Positions 59,965-64,000 of a DNA stretch of 64,000 bases are shown one piece after another. This DNA comes from Balanoglossus misakiensis (Eukaryota; Animalia; Hemichordata): the NCBI GenBank assembly GCA_040954595.2, contig CM082584.2:13633337-13697336 (forward strand), written 5' to 3'. The translations under genes and the position numbers were made by a program. Each line of letters opens with the position of its first letter. Within the stretch, counting starts at the first letter, position 1. The notes under the pieces were generated by a model. It was not told where the DNA came from and did no database searches. It was given only the letters and a program-made list of their open reading frames with translations.

Positions 59965-61431
59965 ATGGAAAGGCGGTCTCAGAGTTTGGACCTGTATCCC
60001 ACTGACTATGGACTGTCCTGGGATCTCGATGTTGATTCAGAGACAACAAGTAGGGCTGCCTCTGTTACAGGTGAGTTTCCTAATTGACCGCCATATTCGT
60101 TGAAATCTTCAAATCACAGCCATAAGCACTCCATTTACTGTGACCGTGGTCTAATGAATACGAATGAATGCAGTTGTTAACAATGAAATGCAGAATAATC
60201 TGAGGACACTTGCTCCCCTGATCATCCTTAATGTATTAACTTCCATTATCTTGTTCAAAGAATAGATGTATCAGGTCACCCCCACCCCCTCCCCCGTAAG
60301 AGAAAATGCGCGACTTTCAGGTAGACTCAGCCATGTATAAGGGTAATGAGAAAACGTGCGACTTTTTGTTAACATGAACCCAGACAGGTTTCGTTTATAT
60401 TATATTGGAAATCATCACTCAAGATTGTTTCTCTATATTCCCAGATGTTGGCTTGGGTATGTCGAATCCTATGATGCCCGCAAAGTACCCGGATGAGTCT
60501 CACGAATCAGCATCGTCAGTGCGGTCAGAATCTGAACATCATTCTCAGGCTCCCCAGTACGCTCATCACACAGACGTAGGTATCACTAGTGGGTTGTTCA
60601 CTTATGGTGTCCTAAATATAGTTGAACTTTCCTTACCTTGAAAGAAAGAAAGGAAGGAAGTGAAAAGTATTTCAATATAGACAATATATTTGAACTTCTG
60701 GGCCTTTTCGTGTTCCGCATACATTCTTTATATTAATAGAATCTTGACGGAGTTTCCTCAAATGTATCGCACTATATATAGGATGCGCCATTTTTCTATT
60801 TCATTCCACAGGTTGTTCAGGAGGTGAAGGCCAGCGGTCCAATTCACAGAGACAAAGCAGTCGTTTGGGATCTCAGGTTTTGGCGACAGTTTGACGAATG
60901 GTGTATTTTGTCTCTTGTGTCAATGCTCTTCTGTTTACCACTGGGTATCATAGCTGTCATCAAATCAAAACAGGTTGGTAGACAACAATCTTTACTTGAA
61001 GAAAATAATCGGATGAAAAAAAAGAAAATCACCTGGCGACAAATGGGCTCCGTGATATCAAATTAGACAAAAGTGTCCAACAGAAACTTTCTTAATAAAA
61101 TGCGTGATATGAGTCTAGCCTTTGCTTGAATCATGCGCCCTAATTCCATGCAATCACTGACAAAATAGTGAAGAACAGAACCACAGCGTCTACTGGATTA
61201 CCTCTTACCATTGGAAGACACACTTGCACGTACGATTTACGATAACTGATACGACATATTTATTTGCTTTTATTTACTTATTTTCAGAGACATCACGAGA
61301 TGCAATACGGCGATGTTAAAAAAGCAGATCTCTTATTGGCTGCTGTGAAGTTTTTTGTGTCCATAGCCTTCCTCTGTGGCCTTATCATTCCTCCAATAGT
61401 CGGGATAGCAAGATATCATTCTGCAAGTTAG
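59965..61431 (+). CDS. Dispanin/CD225-family membrane protein (PRRT1/IFITM-like), about 180 aa
   Basis: Exons 59965-60070, 60445-60575, 60812-60973 and 61288-61431 are phase-consistent. A disordered N-terminus leads into DEWCILSLVSMLFCLPLGIIAVIKSKQ|RHHEMQYGDVKKA..., then a C-terminal hydrophobic helix. Confidence 0.8.
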
Positions 61432-63189
61432 ATATTGGAGTGAAGATGGAGATTCATATGTATATATAGCCTACATGACTGTGTACTATTATGTCAAGCT
61501 TGAGGAAGACAATATTCTTTTGTATAATGGAAACATTAAATCTCAACATTATATTTCCTAATATGTCTGTATGTAGATTGTTGTTTTTGATTCATTATCA
61601 TCTGAGACCGAAATAGGGGTGCTTTTGGGCAATTTTATCAGACACTGAACGGAACCTTTCGCTATACTTAGCCTATTTGTAGATATCACAATATGCCATA
61701 TTGATATTGTGTTCTCACGGTCGTGATTTACCACCATTGTTATCTGTTTAACATTTTATTGGAAAATTATCACGTCCTAGTAGTGGTAGGCCTACATTAA
61801 TTGCAAATCAATTAGGCTACTCGAAGGCCTAGCTTTAGCGGTCAGTTCCGTAGGAAAGGTGTTGGGTACAGGGACCTTGTTTATGATAATGACGACTGCT
61901 GCAGCTCAATACCTTTTACACTCAGTTTACATCTGCATTTATCGCGCGAGTGAGTGCAGTGTTCAGCACTTGTGAATATTTTTGAAAAGGATAACGCATG
62001 CGCTCCAAGACGTTGTTCAAACGGCCGCTGATGACCCGCACCGAACACACATTGCGTTGATGAATTTGCCGAGGAAAATTTACAGGTAATGTTCCGAAAT
62101 ATTGCTTGTGTACGTGTGTATGCGAGCTTGGTAGCTGTTGAATTCCTACGGCGTGATTTTTCAAAGAACATTGCTATTTCAGTTTTTTTTAATACGTGTA
62201 GATTTCAACGTGTGTTGCGTGTCGTACTACGACGTTTCGAATCGATAATCAGGTCATGTCCCTGAAACATATAATTTATAAACAGATGCAGTGTTGAGGA
62301 CAGTGCGTGCTCAACATATCAATGAAATACCTCTGACAACTGTGGTAGTTGTCTGGTGAAATACTATTCATGATTTATGTTTTCTTTAAAGCTACAATAA
62401 AGTTCGATTACACTTTGATCTTACATCCGTAAGATTTCCGAACATGCGGGCGGCGGTTGCTCCACTACGCTACGTACATGTACGTAGGCCTTGCCGCCGA
62501 AAGTAATTTGAATATATCCTCTTTACAATGCAGATCTGACTGACTGAAGCAACGCAAACGAATAGTCGATTAAATAACGTATCAGGGTTTTCTTGATTTC
62601 GGATTTAGACTGAAACAAGTGACTGTGGAAAATTACTTTCACAGAATATTTGTACCATGTCTGGCACAGAAGTCACAAAATGTGATGAATATCATTGCAT
62701 TGCGATTTACCATTATAATTTATATGAATATTGAAACTATGTCATGGCATTGACGGTGGTGGCGATGGGCAGGCCAATAACTTTGCAGCTGGGCTGCTCA
62801 TTCACTGGCACAGTGGGTCACCACGAAACAAATACTGCTACCGGACTCAAAAAATATTTTAAATCTAGGTTATGGATATTCAGCTCTTGCTTTGATTTAG
62901 ACCAGTTTGATTTAGGGCTTTGATTTTGGCGATGGAACAGATAGAGAGAGACGGAATTCGTACCAGATCAACTTCAGACTAAAATCATCTTCCAGAAATA
63001 AAGAACGTCCCACGACGAACGATGATTAGAATCACTTTGTAAACAGACATAAACGTTCATCATTTCATAATGATGTCCGCAAATTTCGCGCTTCTTTCAA
63101 CTCTCTTTCTTATTATATTTCTTGCCAGATTTCATCTCACCAAACCCACCAATCTGCAATCAGATCATACATCGAACCCTGAATATATC

Positions 63190-63890
63190 ATGTCGGAGGA
63201 ACAGGGCCCGAGCCAGGAGAAGGGGGTGCGTGTCATCCACATTGTTACAGTTTAATTTGTAGCTTCTTCACACCCGCAAAATCAACCAGAGCACATTTTC
63301 TTCCTTTTTAAACACCAAACTCTCCTTTTTTCTTTTTCTTTTTTTAGGAAATTACTTCAAATTTATTTATTTTTCTTTTATCGACAGGCTTTCAACGAGA
63401 GCGCTGATCAAGGGCCCGATGACAGCTTCAGAGAATTAGTAATATCGGTAATTTTGAAGTCTATTTGAAAGGAGCAAAGTTACTAAACTGTCGTTTTGGA
63501 GTTTCACTCGAGTATTTACATGTATTTTTCTTTGCAAACCGAGATTCTGGACCTTTGGCCGCTGCTACAACGAATGGACATAGCAGGTGAAAACTGATTC
63601 CGTTATCGAGCAAAAAGGGTATCATGGAATCAATTTGTTCCTGAAAGAAGATTGAGTCACGTAAGCGATTGTACAGCTCTGTATGTAACCAATATTTCTC
63701 TAGATACTGACAACTTCCTGCGTTCTCTCGACAGGACCCCGGTGCCAAGGAAACAGCCATTGACATAGAAGTCATCGATGACGTCGGGTCCCTGAAAGAT
63801 GGCGCCGAAGACTGCCTTCAGTACTCCGTTTTTGCCGCATTTTGCTGTTGCTTTCTCTGTGGAATCCCAGCTGTGCGTTACTCACGACAG
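63190..63890 (+). CDS. Second dispanin/CD225-family gene (partial; last exon beyond the window)
   Basis: Exons 63190-63225, 63388-63447 and 63735-63890 give MSEEQGPSQEKG/AFNESADQGPDDSFRELVIS/DPGAKETAIDIEVIDDVGSLKDGAEDCLQYSVFAAFCCCFLCGIPAVRYSRQ|. The intron falls at the same phase-0 position (after S-x-Q) as in the upstream paralog. Confidence 0.75.
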
Positions 63891-64000
63891 GTACTAAAAC
63901 GCTCCAAGTTTACAACTGTGAATAGAGCTAGAGCCGGCCAATTTCCTTATAAATATAATGTGTGAACGTTTTTATATAATTATGATAATTATATGTCATT

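Overview
Gene-dense eukaryotic (animal) genomic DNA. The AT-rich, GT-AG intron-rich sequence, mosaic CpG depletion and short repeats suggest an invertebrate deuterostome such as a hemichordate or echinoderm, but taxon is inference only. Most ORFs in the supplied track are exon fragments or shadows, so I rebuilt the spliced genes by hand. In order: CZIB/C1orf123 (3' part, +), P4HTM-like EF-hand prolyl 4-hydroxylase (+), intron-poor CYP2-clan P450 (-), ELOF1 (-, not in the ORF track, carries a U12-type intron), WDR70 (+), Tctex1-domain dynein light chain (-), KRI1 (-), PIGG (+), GET3/ASNA1 (-), HECTD3 (+), and two tandem dispanin/CD225 genes (+, the second truncated by the window edge). Six housekeeping genes form three compact head-to-head pairs. 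I found no prokaryote-type system, CRISPR array, rRNA, tRNA or intact transposase, and no clearly new multi-gene system. The best leads are regulatory or structural: an identical 22-nt YY1/TISU-like start motif that opens the real ORF in GET3 but a uORF chain in PIGG; the ELOF1 minor intron; a 21-bp inverted repeat enclosing P4HTM exon 1; a 26-bp palindromic element with a 7-bp target duplication; RFX X-boxes at the ciliary Tctex gene; and ancestral microsynteny with the human 1p3/19p13/5p13 paralogon.
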